Source: the human T2T-CHM13v2.0 reference genome, Homo sapiens. Taken from it: DNA of 64,000 nucleotides. The stretch lies in assembly GCF_009914755.1 (NCBI RefSeq), contig NC_060926.1; one strand, 5' to 3'. This document shows, in pieces, positions 28,521 to 45,919 of the stretch. A program made the position numbers and the translations under genes. The number at the start of each line of letters is the position of its first letter. Positions within the stretch are counted from its first letter, which is position 1. A model generated the notes under the pieces. The model was given only the letters and a program-made list of their open reading frames with translations. It ran no database searches and had not been told where the DNA came from.

Positions 28521-31500
28521 TGATCCTATTAGAGTGATATACATTATTAATATCTATTTTTAAATTATACAATATGTGCTTTCCCAGCCAGCAAGGTGAC
28601 TAGATCTATTAGGTGATTAATAAATATTTATTGGTTGAATCAATTTCCAGGAAAAAATATAGAAAACATATAATTATGTAGTTCATTCTATGAAATGATT
28701 TGTAGTAATTGATTTCATAATTTTGTTTTTCTAGAACTCTATATTTAAAAAAAAACATGAGCTATGGAACATTATAATTAATCTTCTAATGCTACCTTAT
28801 TCACTATGATACCTTTTACATTCTATTAATAATTTTCTCCAAAATCTAGGTTATATTATGTCATTTAATGACCCAATTTTTAAAAAACTCTCCATGAGAA
28901 GGATTATTCTCCCCATACTGCAGATAAGAATACTGGAGTTCAGCAAATTAGCATACAAATTAATAAAATAAGAGACTAATTACCTCATAGAAAAATAAAC
29001 AACATTAATAAGATGCCCAATAATTTTAAAAATGATTTATTCTAGTAAGCCAAAATATACTTATTGAAAGACCAATATTTTTTAACTATTGAACTATCAA
29101 AGATTTGTTTTAAGTGATAAATACCCAAGACTTCTGATTCACTACTTAGAGGATCCAAAGTTAGCATTAAGTTCCAGAGGAAAATTGGCTATAAATATCT
29201 TCACCAATGTGACTTAATAAATCTACTTCAAGTATTTTTTTCTGAAAAAAAGTATATGTGTGTGGGTATACATACACATATTTGTGTACACTCACACACA
29301 TATACACACATATATATTTATTTACAAAGGTGTTTATGCTAATAATGAAAACCCCAAAATTTTTAGCTCAGACATAATTTAAATACATAAAGTATAAAAT
29401 AGCAATATTTATAGAATTTTACAGAGAAATTAAACTGATTTTTTTTATATTTTAGGTTATTTGTGATCCTACTTTTTTGAGACAGCGTCTTACCCTGTCC
29501 ATAATTTTTTAATGTTTCCTGTGTTTCACAATATAATATTGCATCTGTTTACAATAATTACATATTTTAAAATCAGAACATATATACAAATATATGTAAA
29601 CATACATACACAGAATATACATACAAATATATGCTTTACGTCTTTAATATCTTTTCCATGCTTGAAAATCACTTCTCACTTTATGTCTCAGTTGGTTTTC
29701 ACAGTAGCAATTTAAGAATGTCATTATTGTTCCATTTTGCTATCAGAATACTGAGATGTAAATTGAAAAGTGATCTGTCAATATCTCACAGATAATAAAT
29801 GCCAAATTTAGCTCTCACAATCAAGTATTCTTTCGCAGGGTGTAGTATTCTTTTTACTGCACTCTGCTGACTGCATATGAAGTGTTACACTTCATAGGTA
29901 ATAAATATATTTCACCATATTTGTTCACTATAATACTTAGACTTGCCTAAGTGGTAGTTTTAAGTACGTAGGCTTAAATTGATTATAGCAATTTAAAGAA
30001 TTATTTAGTACTTGAAAAATGTAAATGGCAACAAATTCATTTCCTATCAAAAGAAAGGTTTCCAAGTAGCTAAATATTGAATGGAACTATGCCATTTGTA
30101 TTTCCAAGATTCAGTTGCTACGAAGGACATTGAATTTCCCTATAATGCAAGCATAGCCCAGGGGTGCTATATTTAAAACTACATTGACATTTCTATGAAA
30201 ATTCCAGCTTTTCAAAGGTTTATGCCAAAACCATAAAAATTCTATTTGATAGAAAGGCAGAATTGAAAGTCACTGTGGAGATTGTTTCCTTTCTTTTTCA
30301 TATAAAATCAGCCTACCTGCTTGTTTTCTTCATGAAATCCAAACACTTTAGCTGAACAAGAATCTTGGGTAACTGTGAGGTTGTTCAGTATACCAGCACT
30401 CTACAGATTTGAGAAAACTGTAAGGTAGTTGTACAGTCTGAAGGCTTGTTTATTCCAAACTCTGTGCTTGTAAATCTAAAAACTCTTTTTGTTAATAGTA
30501 ATGGACTCCAGACCAAGAACATTTTTAGTCACTGTGTCAACAGTTCATACTGAGTAACAAAAGAAATGATAGCTTGTCCATATTATTAATTAACTTCTAT
30601 GACTTATATTTTATGTTTTGAAGGGTAACACAGAAGCCTGTCCACTAACACAAGGGCATGTCAATTTAGAAATTTTGTCTTTATAATTGTTTTTCTGTCA
30701 CTCAGTTAAATATGCCTTCATTGAGTCCTAGAAGTCTTTGCTTAGAATTGTTATTACTGTAGCAGATAAGCAGGAATACTGGACATAGCTCTGGGTTTTT
30801 TTCCCCTTTTATTTTAGGCTCAGGGAGTACTTGTGCAGATTTGTTACATAGATAAATTATGTGTCACTGAGGTTTGGTGTATGAATGATCCCATCAAGTA
30901 GGCAGTGAGCATAGTACCTAATAGGTAGGCTTCCAGCCCATGCTCCACTCAAGTATTCTGCAGTGTCTGTTTTTCCCATCTTTATGCCCATGTTTATTCA
31001 ACATTTAGCTTCCACTCATAAGTAAAAACATGCAGTATTTCATTTTCTCTTCCTGTGTTAGACTGCTTGGAATGATGGCCTCCAGCTGCATCCATGTAGT
31101 TGCAAAGGACATGGTTTCATTCTTTTTTATGTTTGTGTAGTATTCCATGGTGTGTATGAACCACATTTTCTTCATCCAGTCCACCATTTATGGGCATCTT
31201 GGTTGAACCCATCGTATAGTCTTTGTTATTGAGTGTGATGAATATACAAGTGCAAGTGTCTTTTTGGTAGAACAATTCATTTTCTTTTGGGTATATACCC
31301 AGTAGAGGGATTGCTGTGTCACATAATAGTTCTTTTTTTTTCTTTTTTTATTTATTATTATTATACTTTAAGTTTTAGGGTACATGTGCACAATGTGCAG
31401 GTTAGTTACATATGTATACATGTGCTATGCTGGTGTGCTGCACCCACTAACTCGTCATCTAGCATTAGGTATATCTCCCAATGCTATCCCTCCCCCCTCC

Positions 31501-31563
31501 CCCACCCCACAACAGTCCCCAGAGTGTGATGTTCCCCTTCCTGTGTCCATGTGTTCTCATTGT

Positions 31564-35387
<3,824 letters not shown>

Positions 35388-35450
35388 TATGATGTTAGCT
35401 GGTGATTTTGCTCGTTAGTTGATGCAGTTTCTTCCTAGTCTCGATGGTCT

Positions 35451-36467
35451 TTACATTTTGGCATGATTTTGCAGCGGCTGGTACCGGTTGTTCCTTTCCA
35501 TGTTTAGCGCTTCCTTCAGGAGCTCTTTTAGGGCAGGCCTGGTGGTGACAAAATCTCTCAGCATTTGCTTGTCTGTAAAGTATTTTATTTCTCTTTCACT
35601 TATGAAGCTTAGTTTGGCTGGATATGAAATTCTGGGTTGAAAATTCTTTTCTTTAAGAATGTTGAATATTGGCCCCCACTCTCTTCTGGCTTGTAGGGTT
35701 TCTGCCGAGAGATCCGCTGTTAGTCTGATGGGCTTCCCTTTGAGGGTAACCCGACCTTTCTCTCTGGCTGCCCTTAACATTTTTTCCTTCATTTCAACTT
35801 TGGTGAATCTGACAATTATGTGTCTTGGAGTTGCTCTTCTCGAGGAGTATCTTTGTGGCGTTCTCTGTATTTCCTGAATCTGAACGTTGGCCTGCCTTGC
35901 TAGATTGGGGAAGTTCTCCTGGATAATATCCTGCAGAGTGTTTTCCAACTTGGTTCCATTCTCCCCATCACTTTCAGGTACACCAATCAGACGTAGATTT
36001 GGTCTTTTCACATAGTCCCATATTTCTTGGAGGCTTTGCTCATTTCTTTTTATTCTTTTTTCTCTAAACTTCCCTTCTCGCTTCATTTCATTCATTTCAT
36101 CTTCCATCGCTGATACCCTTTCTTCCAGTTGATCGCACCGGCTCCTGAGGCTTCTGCATTCTTCACATAGTTCTCGAGCCTTGGTTTTCAGCTCCATCAG
36201 CTCCTTTAAGCACTTCTCTGTATTGGTTATTCTAGTTATATATTCTTCTAAATTTTTTTCAAAGTTTTCAACTTCTTTGCCTTTGGTTTGAATGTCCTCC
36301 CATAGCTCGGAGTAATTTGAATGTCTGAAGCTTTCTTCTCTCAGCTCGTCAAAGTCATTCTCCGTCCAGCTTTGTTCCGTTGCTGGTGAGGAACTGCGTT
36401 CCTTTGGAGGAGGAGAGGTGCTCTGCTTTTTAGAGTTTCCAGTTTTTCTGCTCTGTTTTTTCCCCAT
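35451..36467 (-). CDS. ORF1: LINE-1 ORF1p (338 aa, intact reading frame)
   Basis: MGKKQSRKTGNSK…REKG…ARR…YPAKLS…QPLQNHAKM; canonical length of 338 aa. Confidence 0.93.
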   Translation of the reverse strand: MGKKQSRKTGNSKKQSTSPPPKERSSSPATEQSWTENDFDELREESFRHSNYSELWEDIQTKGKEVENFEKNLEEYITRITNTEKCLKELMELKTKARELCEECRSLRSRCDQLEERVSAMEDEMNEMKREGKFREKRIKRNEQSLQEIWDYVKRPNLRLIGVPESDGENGTKLENTLQDIIQENFPNLARQANVQIQEIQRTPQRYSSRRATPRHIIVRFTKVEMKEKMLRAAREKGRVTLKGKPIRLTADLSAETLQARREWGPIFNILKEKNFQPRISYPAKLSFISEREIKYFTDKQMLRDFVTTRPALKELLKEALNMERNNRYQPLQNHAKM

Positions 36468-37380
36468 CTTTGTGGTTTTATCTACTTTTGGTCTTTGATG
36501 ATGGTGATGTGCAGATGGGTTTTTGGTGTGGATGTCCTTTCTGTTTGTTAGTTTTCCTTCTAACAGACAGGACCCTCAGCTGCAGGTCTGTTGGAGTACT
36601 GGGCCCTGTGAGTTGTCAGTCTGCCCCTGCTGGGGGGTGCCTCCCAGTTAGGCTGCTCGGGGGTCAGGGGTCAGGGACCCACTTGAGGAGGCAGTCTGCT
36701 GGTTCTCAGATCTCCAGCTGTGTGCTGAGAGAACCACTGCTCTCTTCAAAGCTGTCAGACAGGGACATTTAAGTCTGCAGAGGTTACTGCTGTCTTTTTG
36801 TTTGTCTGTGCCCTGCCCCCAGAGGTGGAGCCTACAGAGGCAGGCAGGCCTCCTTGAGCTGTGGTGAGTTCCACCCAGTTCTTGCTTCCAGGCTGCTTTG
36901 TTTACCTAAGGAAGCCTGGGCAATGGCGGGCGCCCCTCCCCCACCCTCGCTGCCGCCTTGCAGTTTGATCTCAGACTGCTGTGCTAGCAATCAGCGAGAC
37001 TCCGTGGGCGTAGGACCCTCCGAGCCAGGTGCGAGATGTAATCTCCTGGTGGGCAGTTTTTAAGCCCTTCGGAAAAGCGCAGTATTCGGGTTGGAGTGAC
37101 CCGATTTTCCAGGTGCCGTCTGTCACCCCTTTCTTTGGGTAGGAAAGGGAACTCCCTGACCCCTTGTGCTTCCTGAGTGAGGCAATGCCTCGCCCTGCTT
37201 TGGCTCGCGCACGGTGCGCGCACCCACTGACCTGCGCCCACTGTCTGGCACTCCCTAGTGAGATGAACCTGGTACCTCAGATGGAAATGCAGAAATCACC
37301 CGTCTTCTGCATCGCTCACACTGGGAGCTGTAGACCGGAGCTGTTCCTATTCGGCCATCTTGGCTCCTCCCCCTCATCCC
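36468..37380 (-). promoter_or_regulatory. L1 5'UTR internal sense promoter and antisense promoter; YY1 site at 37352-37362
   Basis: CpG-rich full 5'UTR; CAAGATGGCCG motif on the minus strand. Confidence 0.8.
36923..37063 (+). pseudogene. ORF0: LINE-1 antisense ORF0, truncated to 46 aa
   Basis: MAGAPPPPSLPPCSLISDCCASNQRDSVGVGPSEPG matches the ORF0 N-terminus; the frame stops early at 37061-37063. Confidence 0.8.
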
Positions 37381-38152
37381 CACATAATAGTTCTATTTAA
37401 GTTATTTGAGATACCTTCAAACTGCTTTCCACAGTGGCTGAAGTAATTTACATTCCCACCAGAAGTATGTAAGTATTCCCTTTTCTCTACTACCTCACTA
37501 TTGTTTTCAACTTTTTAATAATAGCCATTCTGACTGGTGTGAGATGGTGCCTCATTGTGGTTTTGATTTGCATTTCTCTAATGATTAGTGATAATGGACA
37601 TTTTTTTCATATATTCGTTGGCTGCCTACATGTCTTCTTTTGAGAAGCATCTGTTCATGTTTTTTACCCATTTTTAATGGGGTTATTTGTTTTTTGTTTG
37701 TTGAACTGTTTAAGTTCCTTATGGATTCTGGATATTAGACTTTTGTCAAATGCATAGTTTGCGAATATTTTCTTCCTTTCTGTAAGTTGTCTGTTCACTC
37801 TGTTGATAATTTCTTTTGCTGTGCAGAGCTCTTTAATTAGATCCAACTTGTCAATTTTTGTTTTCTCTGTTCTTGAAGGGCTAATAATTTCCTTGGGGGA
37901 AATTAGATTAGCTCATGAAACACGCAGTTCAAATACATACTCGTAATCATTGTAAAGCATTCACTAAAAACATAGATGAAAATTCTAATAATGTTAAATA
38001 CACTTCAACTAGTTATAACCTAACTTTTTAAGGATTTTATGACTGAAAACAACATAAGGCAACCTAATGCATAAGGAACATTAAGAAACATGTAAAGATG
38101 TATCAAACCATATCTCAGTTTTTTTAATTATAAGGTGAGAATTAGCTGTGAT

Positions 38153-38420
38153 CAGTGTTTTTTAAACTGAAAGAGGGCTGTTATACTTCCTTTAAAGTCA
38201 TGAAAAGTAGTCATGAAATTAAATAAATGGGCCACAACCAGCATTCTTCTAATAAATAAAATGGTATAGAATAGAAAGAACAGAAAACATCAAAGCATAT
38301 CACATGAGGGTAAGTGCTGTTTCATGAAATATTTTTTAAAGTTATTTTGGAATATGTCTCTGTGTATGTATGTGTGTGTGTAATCCATCATAAGATATAT
38401 TTCCTTTTGTGGGTCATCAT
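38153..38420. mobile_element. hAT-Charlie family fragment (MER113-like)
   Basis: cagtgttttttaaactg…tgggccacaaccagcatt…gggtaagtgctgtttcatgaaa…tgtgggtca. Confidence 0.4.
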
Positions 38421-39024
38421 ACATATAATTTAGATTAGATGGACTAGTTTCATTTCATTTCTTAAGTTCTGCAGTTTTGTAAACTGTCTTAGATTCCATC
38501 AGGCTGTAACAACACTGTGTCACATTAAACACTAATTTCCACTGGATTTAAAACTTTCATCAGTTTAAGCAAAAAATTCATCTCTTCTAAAATCCCTGTT
38601 CTCCCAATTTGTTATTGTAGAGAATATGAAGGCTGGAGGTATCCTGCATGTGTCATGATGATTTGAGTATAATTTTTTCTACTCTGGCATTCTTTTCTAG
38701 GAACTGAACCAAGTTTGTGCTGAGACTCATTTTCAGTCCTTGAAGTTTCTGCAAGTGCTATATTTCATGCACAGTATCAGGTTGACCCTGAAGCACCAAA
38801 GCTCTATTCCTGGGATCTCATAGTGCAGTTAATGAAATGAGTTATTTAAGCTTCTATCTTGAGCCTACTTGTTTTTGCCAGATATCAAACCTAACCTAAC
38901 TGACTGGTAAGCCAAGAAATGCTGTCCTATCAATTCTCTAATTTTGTCACTTCTCTCTCCTCTCCCTAAGTCCTCCTGCAAAAAGATTGTCCATATTCCT
39001 TCAGCCAAAAGATAAGGGCACTTT

Positions 39025-39605
39025 CATGGAGATCATTTGTCTATTTGCTCTTGACCCCTAACCTCCATCCTGCCTGACTGCTATGTATTAGGAGACTGAG
39101 GTCAGCACATTGTATTTCTCAGACCTCCTCTGACAGCTGGCTTTTTCTTGAGTACTTATCATTAGGAGAGGGAACACGGAATCAGAAAGTGGGAGGAAGA
39201 GAGAAGCTTTCCGTTTCTGGTTCATTCACTTTGGTAGTTGTTGAAAATTGCTAGAAATGCAGAGAGAGAGGATGATACTGGACTTCAGCGATCTGGGAAA
39301 GGCTACCTTTTCAGTGTCAGTCCTGGGATGGTTAAGCTGTAACCTCTTTGGTGGATCAAACACCAACTACAACAGAGTTTCTAACAGAATTGCATCAGGC
39401 ACAAGCTCATGGACTCTAGGTCAAGGACTTTCACAGCTTTTGATCTTTGAGTATCATATCTTTTGCCTTTTCTTTCTCTAGATAATATCACCCTTTCCCC
39501 CTTTTGATATTCCTGTCCTTTCTACATGTTTAAAGCCAGTTCTCCATATTGCATTTCCTCTAAATTAATAGAGTTGATCTATTTCTTTAACTGAACTCTG
39601 ACTCA
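39025..39605 (+). mobile_element. ERVL LTR (LTR33/LTR41-like)
   Basis: catttgtctatttgctc…gacagctggct…gggaggaagagagaag…ccagttctccatattg…actgaactctgact. Confidence 0.5.
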
Positions 39606-41187
39606 GTCCTTCAACACAAACGGGGATGGAAGACATATCACCAAAAACAGCACTATTTTGAACATCTGAGTTCCAGCTCTACTTTAGCCTATGGAATAAG
39701 AGATGAAGGCATTTGCTTTGGGTTTATGAGTAGTCTTAGCAAAATTATTTTTTCCTTATTGGTGCTTGAAGTAAATTAGAACATTGTTCGACAAAAATTC
39801 ATTCCCTCTGATCTACATATAGGGAGTACATTTCTATGCTCCACAGATGTGGAACATAGCCATGCGATTTCCCTTGATCCATGGGATACGAGTTAAGTAA
39901 CAGCAATAAAGTAGTAATCTTATGCCTTAGGGGGCATCACATATTTCCGCCAATGCCTTGGGAATATTCTGACTGCTACCAGAAAAAACTCCTGCTTCAA
40001 TTGGCTTCTTCCTGTCTCATCCATGCATGGATCAGAACTGTTCCAACACACATGCAGACTTGCAGCACAAAGCTCAGTTGCCTCCACCAAACTACAGGCC
40101 TGAGAAAATGTGAATAAAAGCTATGTTTGTCTTTGAGATTTCGAAATTGTTTGATATGCAGACAAAGATACTACTGTCATAGTTTTCTGCCATATTTTAG
40201 CTTTTCCTAACTTACTGACTTCTCTCTATGTAATTGCTAACATAGATAATCTCTGCGATCAGTATCTGTGCAACTCTCTGACCTCGCCATCGTGACCTGT
40301 TGTGACTGGCTACATAATATCTGGTGATTTCATTTAAAGCCATGAGAAAATGAAAATGTTATTAATTTTTCAGCACTTGCATAACACAGAAAGCAACTGG
40401 TAGGCTTGGCCAACAATTTCAAGAAATAATATTTTCAAAAAAGACATATTTTGCTTAAGCTAAAAATGTGCTATCCTTTATTAATTTATGTATTTGTTCA
40501 TTATTCATTATTATTTCAAATGTGGAGAATACACAAACAGAGTTTCTTGATCTCATTCTAAAGACAGACTCTAAAATATAAACAAATAAATCAACAATAT
40601 AGTGCCATATGCTATTTTAAATAGGTTGATCAGTGAAGATCTTTGGCCTTTTGCCATAGTCGTCATAAACACTAGCAGAGTTTGTTTGTGTTATTGTTGA
40701 AATATATGTATAAACCAATAATTTCATATATAAGATTAGTCCAGAAAAAAATATTCTTTTTTTTCATTCAGCAATAATTTTTTAAATGAGATTCTGTGCC
40801 TTGCAAAATACTCATGATGAAAAAGCTGGTATTTATTACAAAGTTACCAAAGGATATCTTTCAGAACCCAAATATAAGAACTTTAAGCAGACGTATCAAA
40901 TGATTGGAACTAGAAATTAGCAAATTACCTGAAGAGCTGCTTTCTCCATTTCTCTCTTTTCTGAAGCTGCATTTCCTCTGCTCTTTACTTTGCTTGATGA
41001 ATATCTAATTTATTCCTTACTCTGCAAAATAACTTTCTCTAATTGCCCATGACCCATGTGGCCACTTTAGCCCCAGATTCATAGGTATTACATAAAGATA
41101 ACTGATAACATTCTCCAATTCCAAATTCTTAGTAAGGGGAATCTTACTAACTTTTACTAAGAGCCCAAGCTCAAAACTTCTCTAGGT

Positions 41188-41372
41188 CAGTGATTCTCAA
41201 AGTGCAATTTTTGTACCTGTAAGAGTAGCAACACCTGATAATGTGTTAAAGATGCAAATTCACAGGCCCAGCTCCAGACCTACTGAATTGGAACCTCCAG
41301 GGTGGCTGTCAGAAATCTGTGTCTCAAGCCTTTCAGGTGATTCTAATGCATGCTAAACTTTGAGAACCACTG
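41188..41372. mobile_element. MER5A (hAT-Charlie) MITE
   Basis: TIRs cagtgattctcaaa / tttgagaaccactg; perfect 8-bp TSD ctctaggt at 41180-41187 and 41373-41380. Confidence 0.92.
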
Positions 41373-43160
41373 CTCTAGGTCATGCCTCTAGTACTAATGA
41401 AAATATATGAAAGTAGATCACTTAGTTCATATAAAACTACTCACTTTTATGAATCATGGGGTAGGGATGAGATGGATTTTAAAGAAATTTCTTTTAAATG
41501 GAAAAGGGAAGTATGGAATAGAAAATAAATGATTAACCTCCTTAGTACATCTAGGAGCCTTCTCATCTTTGGTTCCATTAGGGAAATTAAGCATAGATTG
41601 CCTCCCATCCAAGATTGGAATTTTTGTTAATAAAAATTACTTCTACTAAGTATAAGAAATTTATTTTTCATATATGATTAAGTAATAAATTAGAACACAC
41701 AGGAAATATGTGTTTAATTTTTTTCCAGAGGAATCAGATCCAAAGACATAGGAAAACATTTTACTCATAAGACCCCTCATAAAAAGTAGAGTGTTTGAAT
41801 TTATCTTATATTGTGTTTTGGTTTTTAAAATAGTATAAATATTGTTTTTAGAGCAGTTTGATAGCTAAATAACTCCATGGGAATCCCAGCACAATATGGT
41901 TCATAAATACTGGATAAAGCTACGTGATGTTCATAAAGTCTTTTCTCTGACATCCTTACATGCTATGTTAGTATTAAATTCATAAAGACAGCAATGAGAT
42001 TTAAAGCATTGCTTGTTCAGAATATTTTCCAGTAAAATAAAGGTCTTGGTATTAGAGTACATCAAGGTAGGAGAAGAGAAATTTCTGGTGATTTAATAAC
42101 CACTATTTACTCTGAAGAAGTAGGAATCAAATAAAGTCCTCATCATCATAATGCTGTCCCAGGCACTGAACAAAGATAACTACAGGATGTGCCCTTTGTC
42201 CTTCAAGAGATTACAATCTGAGAACATTTATTTTGCCTTAAAGAAACTGATTTAAGCAACCTAGCACAGAGAAGAAGTCACACACAGAGTTCCCAGGCAG
42301 TTAAAAAGTCGGTGAAACAGAAATGGAAGAGACAGGACTCATTTCATGTACATGGCAATAGAAAACTTTCAAGAGTATGAAGACTTGATCTTTTCACCTG
42401 TGTTAAATACTCATAAGGCACAAAATAACTTCCTTGATTTCTGTTCAAAATTTTCCCACTGCAGTTCACTATCTTTGCTTCTCTTCTTCCTCTCTCAATG
42501 ATAAACTGCTAAAGTAAACCATAGAAAGTGAGACAAAAATGTATTTGTTCTGGGAATATTAGAGCCAAATAAAACACATTATTGAGAGCAGATGCATGCA
42601 AAAGACAATGTAGAGAGAAGAATGTACATCATGGTAGAGACAAAGAGAAACAACGAAACAAGACCTGGACATGACCTCAATAGAGACATATTAAGATGTT
42701 CAATGAAGACATGATTGCCAAAACCTAAACATTGAAACAAACAGAAATCCTAACACAACACAAACAATTAAATCTAGTTTGTTCATTTGATAGAATAATA
42801 CACAACAGCTATAAGGCTTAAACTAGACCTGCAGGCATACCTCAGAGATATTGTGGGTTAGGTTCCAAATCATTGCAATGTAGAGAGTTATACATATTTT
42901 TTGGTTTCCCAGTACATAAAAAAGTTACATTTGTACTGTATTGCAGAATATTAAGTGTGCAAAATTATGTCTAAAAAATGCACACATTAATTTTAAAATA
43001 TTTTATTGCTAAAAAATGCTTACTATCATCTGAGCCCTTCAGCAAGTTATAATCTTTTTGCTGGTAAAGGTCTTGTTTCAGTGTTGATGGCTGCTGACTG
43101 ATCAGGTGCTAGTTGCTAATGGTTGGGATAGCTGTGGCAATTTCTTAAAATAAGACAACA

Positions 43161-43292
43161 CGGTGGGAGGATCACTTGAGGCTGGGAGGTTGAGGATGCA
43201 GTGAGCCATGATTGTGCTCTGCATTCCAGCCTGGGCAAAAGAGCACAACCCTATCACTAAGAAAATAAAATAAAATATGAAATAAAATAAAA
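43161..43292 (+). mobile_element. 5'-truncated Alu right arm (AluJ/FRAM) inside Tigger1
   Basis: gtgggaggatcacttgagg…gcagtgagccatgattgtg…ccagcctgggcaa followed by an A-rich tail; flanks aaaataagacaaca / aaactaagactgca. Confidence 0.8.
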
Positions 43293-44375
43293 CTAAGACT
43301 GCAATATCATATCGACTGACTCTTCCTTTCACAAGAGATTTCTCTGTAGCATATGATGCTGCTTGATAGCATTTTACCCACAGTAGAGCTTCTTTTAAAA
43401 TTGTTTGCTAACTAAGTTTACAAACTATTCTAAATCTATTGACATTTCAACACTCTTCACAGCATCTTGACCAGGAGTAGATTCTGTCTCAAGAAATCAC
43501 TTTCTCTGCTCATCCTTAAATAATAAGTCCTCATCCATTAAAGTTTATCATGAGATTGCAGCAATTCAGTCACATCTTCAGGCTCCAGTTTTAGTTCTAG
43601 TCTCTTGCTATTTCCACCACACCTACAGTTACTTCCTCCACTGAAGTCTTGAACTTCTCAAAGTCATTCATGATGATTCAAATTGACTTCTTTGAAACTC
43701 CCGTTAATGTTGTTATTTTGACCTCAACCCACAAATCATGTTCGAAATGGCATGTAGGATGGTGAATCTTTTCCAGAAGGTTTTCAAATTACTTTGCCTG
43801 GTCATCAGAGAAATCACTGTCTATGGCAGATATTGCCTTACAAAATGTATTTCTTAAATAATAAAACTTGAAAGTCAAAATTACTCCTTGATGGTTGCAG
43901 GTACTCCCTTCTGTGGAAAAAAAAAATACTCCTTGATCCATGGCTGCAGAATGATTACGTTAGCATGAATGAAAACATGTGCATCTCTTGAATCTCCTTG
44001 TGCATCTCTGTCAAAGCCTTTGGATGACCAAGTGCATGTCAATGAGCAGTAATATTTTGACAGCAATCTTTATGTAAGCAGTGTCTGAACAGTGGACTTG
44101 AAATATTCTCTAAACCATGCTGTAAAGAGATGTGCTGTCATCCAGGCTTTTTTGTTTCATTTGTAGAGCACAGGTAGAGTAGATTTAGCATAATTCTTGA
44201 GGGCCCTATAATTTTTGCAATGGTAAATGAGCATTGGCTTCGACTTAAAGTCATCAACTGCATCAACCTCTAACAAGAGAGTCAGCCTATCCTTGAAATT
44301 TTGAAGCCAGGCATTGACTTCTCCCCTTTAGCTATGAAAGTCTTAGATGGCATCTTCTTCCAGTAGAAGTTTATT

Positions 44376-44690
44376 TCATCCACATTGAAATTCTGTTTTT
44401 TTAGTGTAGCCGCTCTCATCAATTATCGTGTCTAGGTCTTCTGGATAACTTCTGGCAGCTTCTACATCAACACTTTCCTCATCTTGCACTTTTGTTTTAT
44501 GGAGATGGCTTCTTTCCTTAAACCTCATGACCCAACCTCTGCTAGGTTCAAACTTTTCTTCTGCAACTTCCTCACCTCTCTCAGCCTTCATAGAATTGAA
44601 GAGAGTTAAGGCTTTGCTCAGGATTAGGCTTTGGCTTAAAAGAATGTTGTGGGTTGCTTGATCTATCCAGACCGCTAAAAATTTCTCCAT
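44376..44690 (-). pseudogene. Tigger1 transposase fragment (CENP-B-like HTH region)
   Basis: MEKFLAVWI…[23 protein letters not shown]…[20 protein letters not shown]…[16 protein letters not shown]. Confidence 0.85.
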
Positions 44691-45919
44691 ATCAGCAAGA
44701 AGGCTGTTGGCTTTCTGTCATTCCTGTGTTCACTGGAGTAGTACTTCTAATTTCCTTAAAGAATGTTTCCTTTGCATTCACAACTTAGCTAATGTTGATA
44801 CGAGAGATCTAGCTTTCTGCCTGTCTCTGCTTCCAACATGCTTTCCTCACTTAGCTTAATTATTTCTGGCTTTTTATTTCTGGCTTTTTATGTAAAGTAA
44901 GAGACAAGCAACTCTTCCTTTCACTTAGACACTCAGAGGCCATTGTAGTATTCTACTTGGCCTAATTTCAACATTCTTGTGTCTTAGTGAATAGGGCAAC
45001 CTGAGGAGAGGGAGAGAGACAGGAGAGTGGCCAATGGCTGGAACAGTCAGAACATACACAACATTTGTTGATTAAGTTCACCATTTCATATGGGTATGGT
45101 TTGTGGCACCCCAAAACAATTATAAGAGTGACATCAAAGATCACTGATCACAGATCACTCTAATAGATAATAATAAGTTAAAAATGGAAATACTGAGAGA
45201 ATTACTAAAATGTAACAGAGACATGAAGTGAGCACATGTTGCTGGAAAATAGCACTCTTAAACTTGCTCGACACAGGGTTGTCCCAAACCTTCATATTGT
45301 AAAAAACACAATGTTTGCAAAGTACAATAAAGTGACATGCAATAAAAAGTGTAAGAATGTATATGTGTTAGCATAGGCAGATTGAAAACATATTTGAGTG
45401 GAAAAAAAGAAAATTGTAAAATGAAACACACACCATACTCTTAAATATGTAATAACAAAAACCTGCACCAAAAATTTTATAAATTTTCTTGCACATATTT
45501 GGAGATATAAACTGTCTTTGTGTTTTCCCCTAAGGGAATGCACACAAATCAGGCAAGGATGGGGAGAGTGGAAGATAGTTGTCAAGGGACTCAACCTTCC
45601 AATCTCATAGTCTCATTATTTAAAAGACCAAGGCAATAAAGTATTGCTTGTGTAATAAAAATTTGAAAAATGAAAATAAAAGTAAATAAGGGTTAGGAGG
45701 CATTTTCAGAAAAGCAGAAGTTTGAATCACAAACTCAGGCTGGACTCTAAATATAATGCATGGTATCTCTTCATACCATGCATTGGAAATAGAAGCACTG
45801 GATTATGATAGTAGGAAACATGTAAATAACTGCTCTTCTTTTGAGTCTATGTTCACCTACTTCTTATAGTTTGATCTATGCCCCCAAGGAAAGTATATGC
45901 TTAGCTTGGCAGGATGAAT

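Larger units (their letters stand above)
42832..45365 (-). mobile_element. Tigger1 (TcMar) near full-length DNA transposon, nested in an old L1M 3' end
   Basis: Terminal caggcatacctc at 42832; transposase remnant at 44376-44690; the other end is degenerate near 45300-45365. Confidence 0.92.
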
